From contig JAYGDX010000413.1 of assembly GCA_046582655.1 (NCBI GenBank), positions 32,001 to 96,000 on the forward strand: a DNA stretch of 64,000 nucleotides, given 5' to 3'. This stretch comes from Candidatus Poribacteria bacterium. Its GTDB lineage: Bacteria; Poribacteria; WGA-4E; UBA9662. Positions 1 to 10,744 of this stretch are shown here, one piece after another; positions within the stretch are counted from its first letter, which is position 1; each line of letters opens with the position of its first letter. The notes under the pieces are model-generated. The model worked only from the letters and a program-made list of their open reading frames with translations, ran no database searches and was not told the origin of the DNA. Made by a program: the position numbers and the translations under genes.

Positions 1-58
1 TTCAAGACATCGCCTAAACTGATCTGTCGATCTAGACAACTCTCAAGCTATTCGGATG

Positions 59-922
59 TTAGGCATCAATGCTTTCCGAATAGGATAACCCCTGAGGGAA
101 ACCATAGGGAAGATCGTTGCGATTAGCTGGCAAAGGCCAACTTTGTCCACCCAAATTCTGGAACGATTCGTGTCGACCACAGAGCCATAAAAACATTTCT
201 GCCACTTTGACAGCATCGCGAAACTGCTCGACATAACTTCCTGCAGGTCCAGTATATGATGCGGTAGCAAAATCAAATTCCGGCTCAATGACCCAATCTC
301 GTTGAGGTAATGTTGTGCGCCAATAAAAATACTTGAGGAGGTTGCGAATGCCTGCTTGGGTTGAAGTGCCACGACGGTGCCAAATGTGGTAGATGGTCAG
401 GAAAATGGAACCAGCAGGCGCTGCCGTCGAAATCGCATTTCGGATATTTCCCAAATGTGCCATAAATTTAGCCTTGTTCTGTATCAGATGCGAACCAGGT
501 AATATCTGTGTAGGCCCCAGTTCTATCGACGTATCCTGAGGATAATAAAATACCTGCAGGAAGTTAAGCTCAGGTGTATAACGATAATTACCATCAACGT
601 GCCAGCCACCGATACTTTGAATTGGACAAGTTACACGATGATTGCTCATCAAGATAGGCAAATGAAAATCCACTCCTAGCAGAGATCTTACTGCTCCCGC
701 AACGATTGGGTTGGCAATTACATTTTCAACAAACCAGTCCTGTTTTAAAATCCCGCTCGGTTCTATACTGGTATATTGGTCACAATACTCCATTGTCCTA
801 TTATTGATCTCATCAGGTACTATCCCCTCGAACATCCAATAGCCGTTTTTGCAAAATTCCAGTACCTGAGTATCAGTCATAGTCGGTTGAAAATCATATG
901 CTTTTTGCTCAAAAGGTTCCAC
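59..922 (-). CDS. Phytanoyl-CoA dioxygenase (PhyH) family Fe(II)/2-oxoglutarate dioxygenase
   Basis: N-terminal 'EFCKNGYWMFEGIV', HxD in 'GWHVDG', 'GPTQILPGSH', 'AGSIFLTIYHIWHR' distal His; GTG start at 922. Confidence 0.85.
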   Translation of the reverse strand: MEPFEQKAYDFQPTMTDTQVLEFCKNGYWMFEGIVPDEINNRTMEYCDQYTSIEPSGILKQDWFVENVIANPIVAGAVRSLLGVDFHLPILMSNHRVTCPIQSIGGWHVDGNYRYTPELNFLQVFYYPQDTSIELGPTQILPGSHLIQNKAKFMAHLGNIRNAISTAAPAGSIFLTIYHIWHRRGTSTQAGIRNLLKYFYWRTTLPQRDWVIEPEFDFATASYTGPAGSYVEQFRDAVKVAEMFLWLCGRHESFQNLGGQSWPLPANRNDLPYGFPQGLSYSESIDA

Positions 923-925
923 AAT

Positions 926-1336
926 TTATCTCCAACGTTCCAAAATGAATTCAAAACCCAAACCGTGAAATTCCCTGTCGTCTACAGTCAACAACGCCAT
1001 ATTAGGAAAGGAAATAATTCGCCAGCCATCCCCGACAGCATCCAATACCGTTTGATAAGGCCAATCCTCCGAATTAGCCGGTCCCTCCTTTAGCACGCCA
1101 TCCTCAATTAACATCATGCCAATCACCCGTGAACCGGGTGAAGTATTATGGGCTTGTAGATAAAGAACATCCTGCTTTTTCGCTTTACTTCGAGCTGTTA
1201 AATCTTCGATCCCCTGACGCAACTGATCCTCTGTCAGCATACCTTGCTGTAGTTCGGTTACCAGCGCTGTTATGATTTCTTCATCTACTTTGGTCACTCC
1301 CTCTCCCTCCACATTGCATCTCCCTCTAATACGCAT
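926..1336 (-). CDS. Hypothetical protein, stops 3 bp before the PhyH gene
   Basis: 136-aa ORF between co-oriented genes; globular-looking C-half 'WPYQTVLDAVGDGWRIISFP...FEFILE'. True start may be GTG at 1297 or 1312 (GGAGGGAG upstream). Confidence 0.7.
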   Translation of the reverse strand: MRIRGRCNVEGEGVTKVDEEIITALVTELQQGMLTEDQLRQGIEDLTARSKAKKQDVLYLQAHNTSPGSRVIGMMLIEDGVLKEGPANSEDWPYQTVLDAVGDGWRIISFPNMALLTVDDREFHGLGFEFILERWR

Positions 1337-1374
1337 TTCAGAAATTTAGATGAGTTGACAAACCGAAAGGAAAC

Positions 1375-2168
1375 CTAATATCCTTCAAGCATCTGTTTCA
1401 GAGCCAGAATATCAGGCACAATATCCCAGCCACGATGATCAATATACTCAATAGCAACTGTCCCTGTATAGTTGTTTCGTTTAAGAGCGGAAATGATCCA
1501 TTCAAAATCCAAGATCCCTTCTCCCATCGGAACTTGAAAATTCCCTGCAACCGCGTCACGAAGATGCACATGCGCCGTGTGGGGTAATAAACTCTCGCTC
1601 TCAAGAAGGTCATATTCTCCCATAACAAAGTGACTGGGATCATAAGCGATTTGAAGTTTGGGGACACTTTCGATAAAAAAGAGCGCATCTTCGTATCGTT
1701 CCGCTAGCGAATTAATGTGGGCTTCTATAGCTCAATATCGTACCTATCAGCAATGGATGTAATTTCAGACAAGGTTTCAATAGAGGCAGAAATCTCCTTT
1801 CCAAACGCCTCGATCGAGGAAAGGGAACCAGGTTGAAAAACAACGACCGGGATTGAGAGGGCACTAGCGAAACGAATTAACCCTTCCGCCTGTCTAAGAT
1901 TACTCTCAATATCTGCGCAAGACGTCGAATTCATTGCTTGACTGACGTTCCCATTGATTGCGGTTGCCGTTAAATTGTTCTGCTCTAGTAAACGCTGAAC
2001 ATAATCGGCATGCTCCTCTGGGTTTCCCACAACCTGAGATGGATTGATATGGGCCCAATTTCCCATCATAAGCAGATCCACATACCGAAATCCTAAATCA
2101 GCGATATCTTGCAATGCATTCGGCAACGGTTTACGGGTAAAGCCAATCGTTGAACACGCAACTTCCAT
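1375..2168 (-). pseudogene. Sugar phosphate isomerase/epimerase (AP_endonuc_2 TIM barrel), split by a frameshift near 1727
   Basis: ATG at 2168 after GGAGG; 'ACSTIGF...IADLGFRYVDL' runs to 'YDIEL*', then a shifted frame continues 'IEAHINSL...AYDPSHF...HVHLRDA...GEGILDF...YTGTVAIEY'. Confidence 0.8.
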
Positions 2169-2524
2169 GAATGTTACCTCCGGTTCAGAATCCTTCAAAA
2201 ACCGAACTGAGTCAAAATTTCAGCACAAACATCTAATTCCAAGTACCGACAATTCAAGTATATCTGAGAAACAAGCTCTAATAAACACTGAAGCAATCCG
2301 ACATCAATTCTATATATCACTAAGTGTCTGCCACTCGATCTAACACATAAACCACATTTTGATACAACTGGCATTTTTTGTCAATCGCGGTAACTGGACT
2401 GACAATTATTAAAGAAAAACAACCATTAAATGATCTGATGAAACCTATTAATGTTCAGCAAAAACAGATTGGGAAATTAAGCGATCGAACCAATAAACTG
2501 AAATAGAAAACAACACCATTCAGG

Positions 2525-2830
2525 ATGAATTGTCAAGCACAATTATCAATCAGACCAAGAAACGTTCCCAAATGGTATTTGGATGAGTATAATGAGGAAT
2601 TCTACATTACGGATCTTAATAAGAATTCGTTTTCAGGCAGGCAAGTAAAGAGGATAATCTTCAACTTTGAAGAAATTCAGGTTTCCGAGTCATTCGTAGC
2701 AGCTCCTGGTCTAGCTCATAAAGATAATCTGAAAGTGTCAAACCGAAACTTGCACCCTCCAATAAACGAGGATCGCCTTTTCATCTTTAAGTATGTCAAA
2801 ACACTAGACCAAATCGATTGGAATGGCTAA
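2525..2830 (+). CDS. Possible hypothetical protein or gene remnant
   Basis: 101-aa ORF in an otherwise empty gap, convergent on the next gene; no recognisable motif. Confidence 0.3.
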   Translation: MNCQAQLSIRPRNVPKWYLDEYNEEFYITDLNKNSFSGRQVKRIIFNFEEIQVSESFVAAPGLAHKDNLKVSNRNLHPPINEDRLFIFKYVKTLDQIDWNG

Positions 2831-2836
2831 CTCTAG

Positions 2837-3595
2837 TTACAGACTACGTAAATCAAGGTACCGTTCTTGATTAATCCCACGAAGATCCATTTCATATTCG
2901 ATATCAATCACAGGAGGCCGAGATTGGTACCAGTGCAACCCATGCAATTGATTAACACAGGGCAACACAAGATCCTCTGCCAGATGGCTAATGCTATGAT
3001 TGGTGTAGATATTAATCCGGTTGACTATTTCCCATCTGCCACCTAGTTTTGTTAGACGATCCCCCATTACCCGTACCACATAGATTACTTTTTCGCGCAT
3101 CGCTTCCATACTTGTTTCATTCCGACGTACAATTCCTTCGGGTTTCAGAATACCATCTATTAATTCCCCCGCTCCAGCAACGACAAAAGTTGGTTGGTCT
3201 AACTGATTCACTGGCTGAAGATATGAAAATGCGTATAGCATTGATTCTCGCGGTGGATCTATCACTGGTGCAACATTTGTACGCGCAATCGGATTGAAAC
3301 CATCAATGTAGAGGTCCCACTCCTGAAGGACGCTACAATATTCCTGATTAAAGGCAACGAATTCGTCCATAGTGAATGGTTCTGGACAACGAAGTTGCAT
3401 CGCACATAGCGCGTTTCGATTGTGTCCGATCAGTTTGAGATAGGCTTCGATTTGCGAAAAACCTTTATGCCACGGAATCAGGTGAGTCAAGGTAACATGA
3501 ACAATCTCATAACCTAGTTCCGCCACAACACCACAAGAATAGGGATCAATCCCTTTTAGAAAGTAGTAGTGTCCATTCGGATTGTAGATTAGCAT
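2837..3595 (-). CDS. CnbZ-like 2-amino-5-chloromuconate/2-aminomuconate deaminase family protein
   Basis: 'PYSCGVVAELGYEIVHV', 'ALCAMQLRCPEPF..F..FN..Y', 'NPIARTNVAP', 'FVVAGAGE', 'RPPVIDIEYEMDLRG' match my recollection of the CnbZ family. Confidence 0.75.
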   Translation of the reverse strand: MLIYNPNGHYYFLKGIDPYSCGVVAELGYEIVHVTLTHLIPWHKGFSQIEAYLKLIGHNRNALCAMQLRCPEPFTMDEFVAFNQEYCSVLQEWDLYIDGFNPIARTNVAPVIDPPRESMLYAFSYLQPVNQLDQPTFVVAGAGELIDGILKPEGIVRRNETSMEAMREKVIYVVRVMGDRLTKLGGRWEIVNRINIYTNHSISHLAEDLVLPCVNQLHGLHWYQSRPPVIDIEYEMDLRGINQERYLDLRSL

Positions 3596-3675
3596 TCGTT
3601 CTTTACTTCAGGAGAAAATAAAGCTAGAAATGATTCTAGTCTCCAAACTTTTCTGTTTCAGATGGCACGCAATGG

Positions 3676-3756
3676 TTAGAACCCATCCCAAGTATAGTCG
3701 GTATTCCCGACTGCTCCAACGGGACGAGCAGATTCAATCATTAATTTTATAAGCAT
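3676..3756 (-). CDS. Candidate 26-aa small ORF MLIKLMIESARPVGAVGNTDYTWDGF
   Basis: ATG at 3756 preceded by GGAGGGGGGT; TAA at 3676-3678; too short for the ORF track. Confidence 0.3.
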   Translation of the reverse strand: MLIKLMIESARPVGAVGNTDYTWDGF

Positions 3757-3887
3757 ACCCCCCTCCAACGATTGATCTCGCACAGAGTCTAGCAAGTAAT
3801 AAACAGGGAAAGGGAACTCAATTAAACAAATTGAATGCAACTTACAGAAACATCGGTTGAAAAACTGGTCGTATTAGAGAAACCCAA

Positions 3888-6800
3888 TCAAAGTGTATTA
3901 ATTCGACTGTAACCATACCCATCGCCAGCAATTTGGAAAAGCGCGTCAGCTGCCGTAAAATGGACATCACTATCTGGATCTTCCAGGGCTTTTTCAAGTA
4001 CGATAACAGCTTTTTCAGATTTAGTATCAGCCAGAATACGAATGATATTCAGTCTTAAAGCTTTTTTCTTATTGGCTGTTTGCAATTTATCAAGTTCACC
4101 AATCAAACTTGATACGACTTGATCGTTCCCGATCTTGCCCAGTGCGGTGGCCGCATCTTGTCGAAGTTCTATGGCATTTGTCTCATCATTCAAAATGTCA
4201 ATCAAATCTTGAAAAGTGGAAGAGTCAGCAAGCGCGCCAACACCTTGTATTGCCGCACGCCGGTCGTCCAGAACTCCACTTTTATCTTTCATCAATTCAA
4301 CCAGTTTATCTTTAAACTGGATTTGACCTGATTCACCAATCGCTCTTACAACGGCTTGATGTCTGACCGAGTTATCATTTTCAAGTAGCATTGGTCGAGA
4401 CTCGAGGTAGGACATAAGATAATCGGTTGCTGTTTTCGATTTCGACCGGCTTAAAGCAACTATAGCAGCGTTTTGGACAGGATAATCTTCCCATGGATCT
4501 TCAATGCGGTCTATCATTTTTTGGTCTATCAAATTCGGTAATTCAAAGGATTTTGCAGATAAAACTAGTGATTCCCATGTATAATTTCGTTTGAGCCCAT
4601 CTACATCTAGATCAATCTTGTACTCAAATTGATCTATCAGACGCTTGGCTAACGCTTCTGCCGCACGGTCATCGCCAATGGAAGCGAGCGCCGTTGCCGC
4701 AAATTTCCGGGCACCCGAATCTGCATCCAGATCCTCAACAATTCCAATTAGTTCTGGAATAGCTTCTATTGTCTTTAAACTACCAAGCGCTTTAATGGCG
4801 CCTTTGAATATATCTCCCGATTCAGACCTGAAAATCTTGGAAATTACGGGTTCCGCGCGTTTATCACCAATTGAACCAAGCGCATTAACACAAGCCTCAC
4901 GAACCAACTGGTCTGTCAACAGATTATCAAGCAAAGCCAGAATCAGCGAGACAGCATTTGCTGCCTTTATCGATCCAAGAGCGTTTACAGCATGTAATTG
5001 GATTTCGGCTATGCCAGTATCAAGAACTTTGATTAAATGATCAACAGCCCTTTCATCTCGTAATTTCCCCAGTGAAGCGGCTGCTCGTGCCCGAATCGAT
5101 TTTGATTCAGAGGAATCGTTAAGTATTTCAATCAGCTGTTCAACAGTTTGGCGGCTTTTGTAATTACCAAGTGTAGCGACAGCTTTTTTTCGCACAATAT
5201 AGCTTTCATTTTCTAATTCTTTGACAATGGAATCAACAGCTTTCTTGCTGTGGATAGCACCGAGTGCATCAACAACTGCCCAACGAACCCACTCATCATC
5301 GCTATCAGATTTCAGGAATTCCAATAAGATATCAGAAGTTGCAGCAGTACCACCTATTCTCAGCGATGTCCTTACCTGATCCAAAACTGAACGACTCTCC
5401 TTCTTCTCTTCAAAGGTCCCAACACCCTTCCTAAGAAGATTGACAAGTCCCCTGTTGCTTTTTTCGGTTTCAATTTCCCGCAATGCAATGGTGGCTTTTC
5501 TTCGAGTCGTTTCATATTTATCTTTCATGAGCGAATCAAGTAAAGGGGCTACCACTTCAACTCCACCGATCTTTCCTAAAGCGGCTGCTGCTTCCTGTCG
5601 AACCACTCCTTGTTTATCCTTTTTCAATGCGATAATAAGTTGCTCTCTAGCTTTTTCACCTTTGATCTCTCCCAATGCCCAGGCAGCATTTTTACGGACA
5701 GTGGCACGTTCATCTTTTTCTAGCGCTTCAACAAGGGAATTAACTACTTCTTTATCCCCGCCAAATCTTTTGAGTGCCACTGCGATCTCACTACGAACCA
5801 ATCCTGGAATCGGCTTCAGCTCTCCCCAGTTACCATAAGATGGCACTTGATAATCAGGATGACCATCCCAATCAATATCAAATCCCTTAATATCAGCAGT
5901 AAAATTGGAGAGATTAGATTTGTATTTTCTCTTCACGCGCCCTTGAAATTTCCTGACATTTTCGTAGCGAGTAGACAAAGCCCATATCAGTGGAGGGTTA
6001 GTTGCATCGTCTCCTATTTCACCCAAGACTTTAACAGCTGCTCGGCGCAAGTCAGGACTGGTATCATCACTGAACATAATTCGCAGCATTGGTTGAATAG
6101 CATGCTGAGGTTTCAAAATCATCAAGGCATTAAGCGCTTCACGTCTAACTGTTTCCCTTCTTCCCTTGTCCTGAGCGATCTTAACCAGCTTCTGATCGGC
6201 TTTATCATATCGAACATGCAATTGACCAAGTGCTTTTGATGCATTGATCACAATTGTATCATTATCATCACTCAACGATTTTGTCAAAGCTTTGACCGAT
6301 TGGATTTCTAGAGTGCTACCACGTGCTCTCATGTTACCGATTGCAGATGCTGCAATTGCGCGTATTTCTTTGAGTGGATCCGTTTCCAGAGCGTTAACAA
6401 GTACTTCAACTGCTCTCAGGTCGCCAATATTGCTTAGAATCTGAACAGACCGAATTCGGACTTGATTGCTCTTACCCATATCTCCCATAGTATTTATTAA
6501 TGAATTGATGAGATTTCCTTCTGAGTTTTTTTTGCCAGATGCTAAACGTGGGAGTGTTAGCGTTCCCATCGCGGTGAGAGCACTAACTGCACTCCCATTC
6601 AGGTCATCATCATCAAGCAAATCAATCAGTTGTGGAATTGCCTGACGGGCATCAAGGATACCGAGAGCCTCTATTGCTGTTCTTTGAACATCCAATCTTC
6701 GTGACGTTCGCCGATCTTCATCAATATAGGCAGTAGCGATAAATTGGGATGCTGACATAAAACCAGAATTTCTATCCGGAACAATATTCACAGCTTTCTT

Positions 6801-7721
6801 ATCCAGAACCTCAATAAGCCGTTCAATTGAAGGAACACCGATATGAATCAAGGCAGATTGAGCCTGTCCCCTGACGTAGGTATTTGAATCAGCGAATAAC
6901 CTCAGCAAATCATCGATGGCATCAATCGCCTTCAGCTGGCCAATTAATCGGGCAGCATACATCCGAACTTGGGCAGAATTTGTTTGAGTAGCCGTTTTAA
7001 GAATCGGTAGAATTCCGGGAAAAAGCATCTGTTCAAGCGCAACAACTACCTCGTAAAGCACTTCTGGTGATTCATTTTTATTCTTCAGTATCTGGTGGAA
7101 AATTGTGATGAACTTCAAATCCTTCATGTCCCCGAGATGTTTTGCTGCTGACTTACGAATATCACTGGATGGATGTTTTATTGCTATTTGGGTGAGATAA
7201 TCTGAGGCGGTATCTCCCATTTCCCCAACGAGATCTTTAGCCAATTCACGCGCTATTGCACTATAACACTTTTCTCCTTCAAGCAATACAACCACAAGAT
7301 CTTTAGTTGGTTCCAGCGATTTCCCATTAAGAACCTGAACAAGAGAGCCTGTGACAGCATTCCGAGAGCGGATGCGTACTTCGAGTAGATCTAAGTCATC
7401 AGAGTCTGGATCCTCTTTTGTCTCGAGAGTCTGGATTTCTTGGTTAATCAGCTGGAGTTCCTCAACGATCTTCGAAACGGCTTCTTCGAGTTTAACGGTT
7501 CCGGTTTCTATCTTTAAAATAATATCTAACAGTTTGGCTTCATATAAATTTGGATTAGTCTTAAGCACAGCATCAATGGAAACTCGCGCGTTTTGATACT
7601 TCTTATTACCCAAGGCAAGCCTAGCCTGCAGGATATTCTTGTTCTCTCTCTCTCCACAACCTGCAAACAATCCTGCCATTAGAATGGCAAAAGTAATTAA
7701 TAAAATAAGTTTAATTCGCAT
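3888..7721 (-). CDS. Very large HEAT (PBS-lyase-type) repeat lipoprotein
   Basis: Start MRIKL at 7721, hydrophobic signal and lipobox 'LFAG-C', TPR-like hairpin, then dozens of 'VR..AA.ALG.IG...AV..L...L.D' repeats. Confidence 0.85.
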   Translation of the reverse strand: MRIKLILLITFAILMAGLFAGCGERENKNILQARLALGNKKYQNARVSIDAVLKTNPNLYEAKLLDIILKIETGTVKLEEAVSKIVEELQLINQEIQTLETKEDPDSDDLDLLEVRIRSRNAVTGSLVQVLNGKSLEPTKDLVVVLLEGEKCYSAIARELAKDLVGEMGDTASDYLTQIAIKHPSSDIRKSAAKHLGDMKDLKFITIFHQILKNKNESPEVLYEVVVALEQMLFPGILPILKTATQTNSAQVRMYAARLIGQLKAIDAIDDLLRLFADSNTYVRGQAQSALIHIGVPSIERLIEVLDKKAVNIVPDRNSGFMSASQFIATAYIDEDRRTSRRLDVQRTAIEALGILDARQAIPQLIDLLDDDDLNGSAVSALTAMGTLTLPRLASGKKNSEGNLINSLINTMGDMGKSNQVRIRSVQILSNIGDLRAVEVLVNALETDPLKEIRAIAASAIGNMRARGSTLEIQSVKALTKSLSDDNDTIVINASKALGQLHVRYDKADQKLVKIAQDKGRRETVRREALNALMILKPQHAIQPMLRIMFSDDTSPDLRRAAVKVLGEIGDDATNPPLIWALSTRYENVRKFQGRVKRKYKSNLSNFTADIKGFDIDWDGHPDYQVPSYGNWGELKPIPGLVRSEIAVALKRFGGDKEVVNSLVEALEKDERATVRKNAAWALGEIKGEKAREQLIIALKKDKQGVVRQEAAAALGKIGGVEVVAPLLDSLMKDKYETTRRKATIALREIETEKSNRGLVNLLRKGVGTFEEKKESRSVLDQVRTSLRIGGTAATSDILLEFLKSDSDDEWVRWAVVDALGAIHSKKAVDSIVKELENESYIVRKKAVATLGNYKSRQTVEQLIEILNDSSESKSIRARAAASLGKLRDERAVDHLIKVLDTGIAEIQLHAVNALGSIKAANAVSLILALLDNLLTDQLVREACVNALGSIGDKRAEPVISKIFRSESGDIFKGAIKALGSLKTIEAIPELIGIVEDLDADSGARKFAATALASIGDDRAAEALAKRLIDQFEYKIDLDVDGLKRNYTWESLVLSAKSFELPNLIDQKMIDRIEDPWEDYPVQNAAIVALSRSKSKTATDYLMSYLESRPMLLENDNSVRHQAVVRAIGESGQIQFKDKLVELMKDKSGVLDDRRAAIQGVGALADSSTFQDLIDILNDETNAIELRQDAATALGKIGNDQVVSSLIGELDKLQTANKKKALRLNIIRILADTKSEKAVIVLEKALEDPDSDVHFTAADALFQIAGDGYGYSRINTL

Positions 7722-7741
7722 TTTCTTTCCTTCTAAAGCCT

Positions 7742-10735
7742 TCAATTTCCAGAAATGACTAATTTCGTCAGATCACCAATCGCGTAGATTCTCTGGCCAA
7801 TTGCATTTAAAAGTGCAAACCGATTTTGGCGTATAGCTAGATCTTCAACCATCACTAAAACTTGGTCAAAAAACTGGTCAATCGCTGGTTGGAGCGCCGA
7901 TAATTTGACTAACAGTTTATCATAATTTTGATTCTTGATCAACTCGTTCAAATCAGCGTCTGCATCAGTAATAAGTGAGCTGAGTTTTTGTTCGGCATCG
8001 TTCTCAAAAAGACTGGGATCGATTTCCGTTGGTGCGGAATCAGGCAAAATACGCAACACACGATTGAGAGCCGGATAGACCTGACTGAAATTGGTAGAGC
8101 TACGGAAATTTGATACCGACTGAATTCTTTTTTCAATATCGCTGACACCAATTTCACCAGTTGCCAAAACCACCTCAATTTCGTCAAGGACATAGCCCTT
8201 TGTCTGCAACAGTACTTTCAGTCTTCCTCTGATAAAATCAAGCACTCCAGCCATGGTATCTTCAGCTAAATCAACCCTGTAAAGCTCAACCGCCTTCTCA
8301 ATAAGTGAAGAAAACGAAATCGACAAATCCAGCTCCCGTAAAACACGCAGAATACCGATCGCCTGTCGCCGAAGTGAATAGGGATCCTGCGATCCGGTGG
8401 GCCTCTCATTGATACCGAAATAACCCACAATTGTATCGATCTTATCTGCAATGGAAAGAATCGATCCCTCAACAGACGTGGGTAGATCAGAATCAGCCGC
8501 GACTGGTCGATAGTGATCCTCAATAGCAGTAGCAACTTGATGCGGCACATCAGAATCTATGGCGTAATACCGTCCCATGATGCCTTGAAGTGTTGGGAAT
8601 TCGGCTACCATTTGCGTTGTTAAATCCGATTTACAAAGGGAAGCAGCTCTAACTGCATAATCTTTGGTAGCATCGTCTACCTTTATTTGCTGGGCAATAA
8701 AAGCAGTGAGACTCTCCAGCCGTTTGATTTTATCGTAGAGCGATCCAAGTTTGACTTGAAAGATCACTGACTGTAATTTCTTATTCCGGTCAGCTAATGT
8801 CATTCTTCGGTCTTCCTGATAAAAGAAGGTGGCGTCAGCAAGTCTGGCACGCAAGACCCGTTCGTTCCCATGGCGAACAGTATCGATATTACCATTCGTA
8901 CCATTTGAGATGCTGATGAACTTGGCAACCAGTTGCTTACCAGATTTAATCATAGGAAAATAACGCTGGTGTTTCTTCATCGAAGTAATTAGGACCTCTA
9001 CCGGCAAATCCAAGTGAGATTCACTAAAACTACCGACAATTGCTTGCGGGTTCTCAACCAGAAAATTGACCTGATCCAGCAAATTCTGATCAATAATGGC
9101 CTCACAATCCTCACCATTCAGAATCTCTATAATCTGCTTTTGGATTTCTATTCGGCGAAGATCATGATTAACAATGACATTAGCAATTTTCAACTTGTCA
9201 ATATAGTTATCAACCGAGGCAGAATCAAGCTCTATTGGTTCCGGGCTTAGAGATCGATGCCCATATGTTATTCGACCTGCAGTAAGCGTATCAAGTTGAA
9301 ACCGAATTTCTTGATCTTTCAAGATAGCCACAATCCAGCGAATCGGGCGGGCGAACCGAAGATTATCCCACCGCATAGTTTTAGGAAAATCAAGCGAATT
9401 AATCCAATTCGGTAGTAGTTCTGCCAGAATATCCGAAGAGGAACGTCCTTTCTGCAATTTTGTCGCGGAGACATATTCACCGCGAGGTGTCTCGACAATA
9501 CGAAGGTCATCTATATTAACCCCTTGAGACTTTGCAAAGCCCATTGCGGCTTTAGTCGGGTTACCTCCAGTATCGTAGGCCGCTTTCTTGGGTGGCCCGG
9601 TTACTTCAACTGATTGATCTGGTTGCAGTGTTTCAAGATCGCTAACTGACAGAGCAAGTCTTCTTGGAGTTCCCATTACTCTTAGTTCTCCAAATGACAG
9701 ATTTTGCGTGGTAAGCGTTTCTTTCGCTATACTCTGTAGTTGATTAAGCGCTGGAGGAATATAACTTGCTGGAATCTCTTCCGTACCAATTTCAAAGAGG
9801 AAATCCGCCGTTTCACTGTCAGTAACCAATTGCGAGCGATTTTCCTTGGGTTTTTGCTTTTTTTCTACAGCTAAACCGAGAGGATGACCAAGGTCAATTC
9901 TTTGATCTAAATAGGCTTGTGCGCTGCGCTGGGCCATACGCCGCACTCGTTCAATGTAACCACCACGCTCAGTAACGCTTATCACACCACGGGCATCAAG
10001 CAAATTAAAAGCGTGAGAAGATTTAAGCACATAATCAGCTGCCGGTAAAACCAGTTCGTGATCTAAACAGTCAAAAACTTCTTTCTCATAGATATTGAAT
10101 AAATTAAAAAGCATCTCGGTATTGGCGACTTTAAAGCTGTACTTCGAGAATTCGACCTCACTTTGATGGTGTATATCACCATAGTTCAAATGTTCGTTCC
10201 ACCGAATATCATATACACTATTAACATTCTGCAGATACAAAGCGATACGTTCTAATCCATAAGTCAACTCCGCGCATATCGGATTAAGATCACAACTACC
10301 CATCTGTTGAAAGTAAGTAAACTGGGTGATTTCCGCACCATTCCACCAAACCTCCCACCCCAAACCAGACGCTCCGAGGGTTGGAGACTCCCAATCGTCC
10401 TCCACGAAACGGAAGTCATTCGTACGTGGATCGACACCCAGATTCTTTAAGCTTTCCAGATAGAGAGGCAAAACATCAGCTGGCGGTGGTTTAAGAATCA
10501 CCTGATACTGATAATAAGCACCAAGCCGATATGGATTATCACCGTACCGGCCGTCTGTTGGACGACGTGAAGGTTCAACGTAGGCAACGTTCCATGGCTC
10601 TGGTCCCAGGCAACGCAGGAATGTAGCTGGATTAAAAGTGCCTGCGCCCACCTCTATATCATAAGGCTGTGTAATGGTGCAGCCATAATCTGCCCAGAAC
10701 TTCTGCAAGTTTAAGATGATTTCTTGAAAGGTCAT
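7742..10735 (-). CDS. glyQS: Glycine--tRNA ligase, fused alpha and beta subunits
   Basis: GlyQ motifs '[12 protein letters not shown]', '[12 protein letters not shown]', 'ELTYGLER', a linker, then GlyS motifs '[11 protein letters not shown]', 'FPKTMRW', '[13 protein letters not shown]', '[12 protein letters not shown]' in one 997-aa frame. Confidence 0.97.
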   Translation of the reverse strand: MTFQEIILNLQKFWADYGCTITQPYDIEVGAGTFNPATFLRCLGPEPWNVAYVEPSRRPTDGRYGDNPYRLGAYYQYQVILKPPPADVLPLYLESLKNLGVDPRTNDFRFVEDDWESPTLGASGLGWEVWWNGAEITQFTYFQQMGSCDLNPICAELTYGLERIALYLQNVNSVYDIRWNEHLNYGDIHHQSEVEFSKYSFKVANTEMLFNLFNIYEKEVFDCLDHELVLPAADYVLKSSHAFNLLDARGVISVTERGGYIERVRRMAQRSAQAYLDQRIDLGHPLGLAVEKKQKPKENRSQLVTDSETADFLFEIGTEEIPASYIPPALNQLQSIAKETLTTQNLSFGELRVMGTPRRLALSVSDLETLQPDQSVEVTGPPKKAAYDTGGNPTKAAMGFAKSQGVNIDDLRIVETPRGEYVSATKLQKGRSSSDILAELLPNWINSLDFPKTMRWDNLRFARPIRWIVAILKDQEIRFQLDTLTAGRITYGHRSLSPEPIELDSASVDNYIDKLKIANVIVNHDLRRIEIQKQIIEILNGEDCEAIIDQNLLDQVNFLVENPQAIVGSFSESHLDLPVEVLITSMKKHQRYFPMIKSGKQLVAKFISISNGTNGNIDTVRHGNERVLRARLADATFFYQEDRRMTLADRNKKLQSVIFQVKLGSLYDKIKRLESLTAFIAQQIKVDDATKDYAVRAASLCKSDLTTQMVAEFPTLQGIMGRYYAIDSDVPHQVATAIEDHYRPVAADSDLPTSVEGSILSIADKIDTIVGYFGINERPTGSQDPYSLRRQAIGILRVLRELDLSISFSSLIEKAVELYRVDLAEDTMAGVLDFIRGRLKVLLQTKGYVLDEIEVVLATGEIGVSDIEKRIQSVSNFRSSTNFSQVYPALNRVLRILPDSAPTEIDPSLFENDAEQKLSSLITDADADLNELIKNQNYDKLLVKLSALQPAIDQFFDQVLVMVEDLAIRQNRFALLNAIGQRIYAIGDLTKLVISGN

Positions 10736-10744
10736 AGACTCTCT

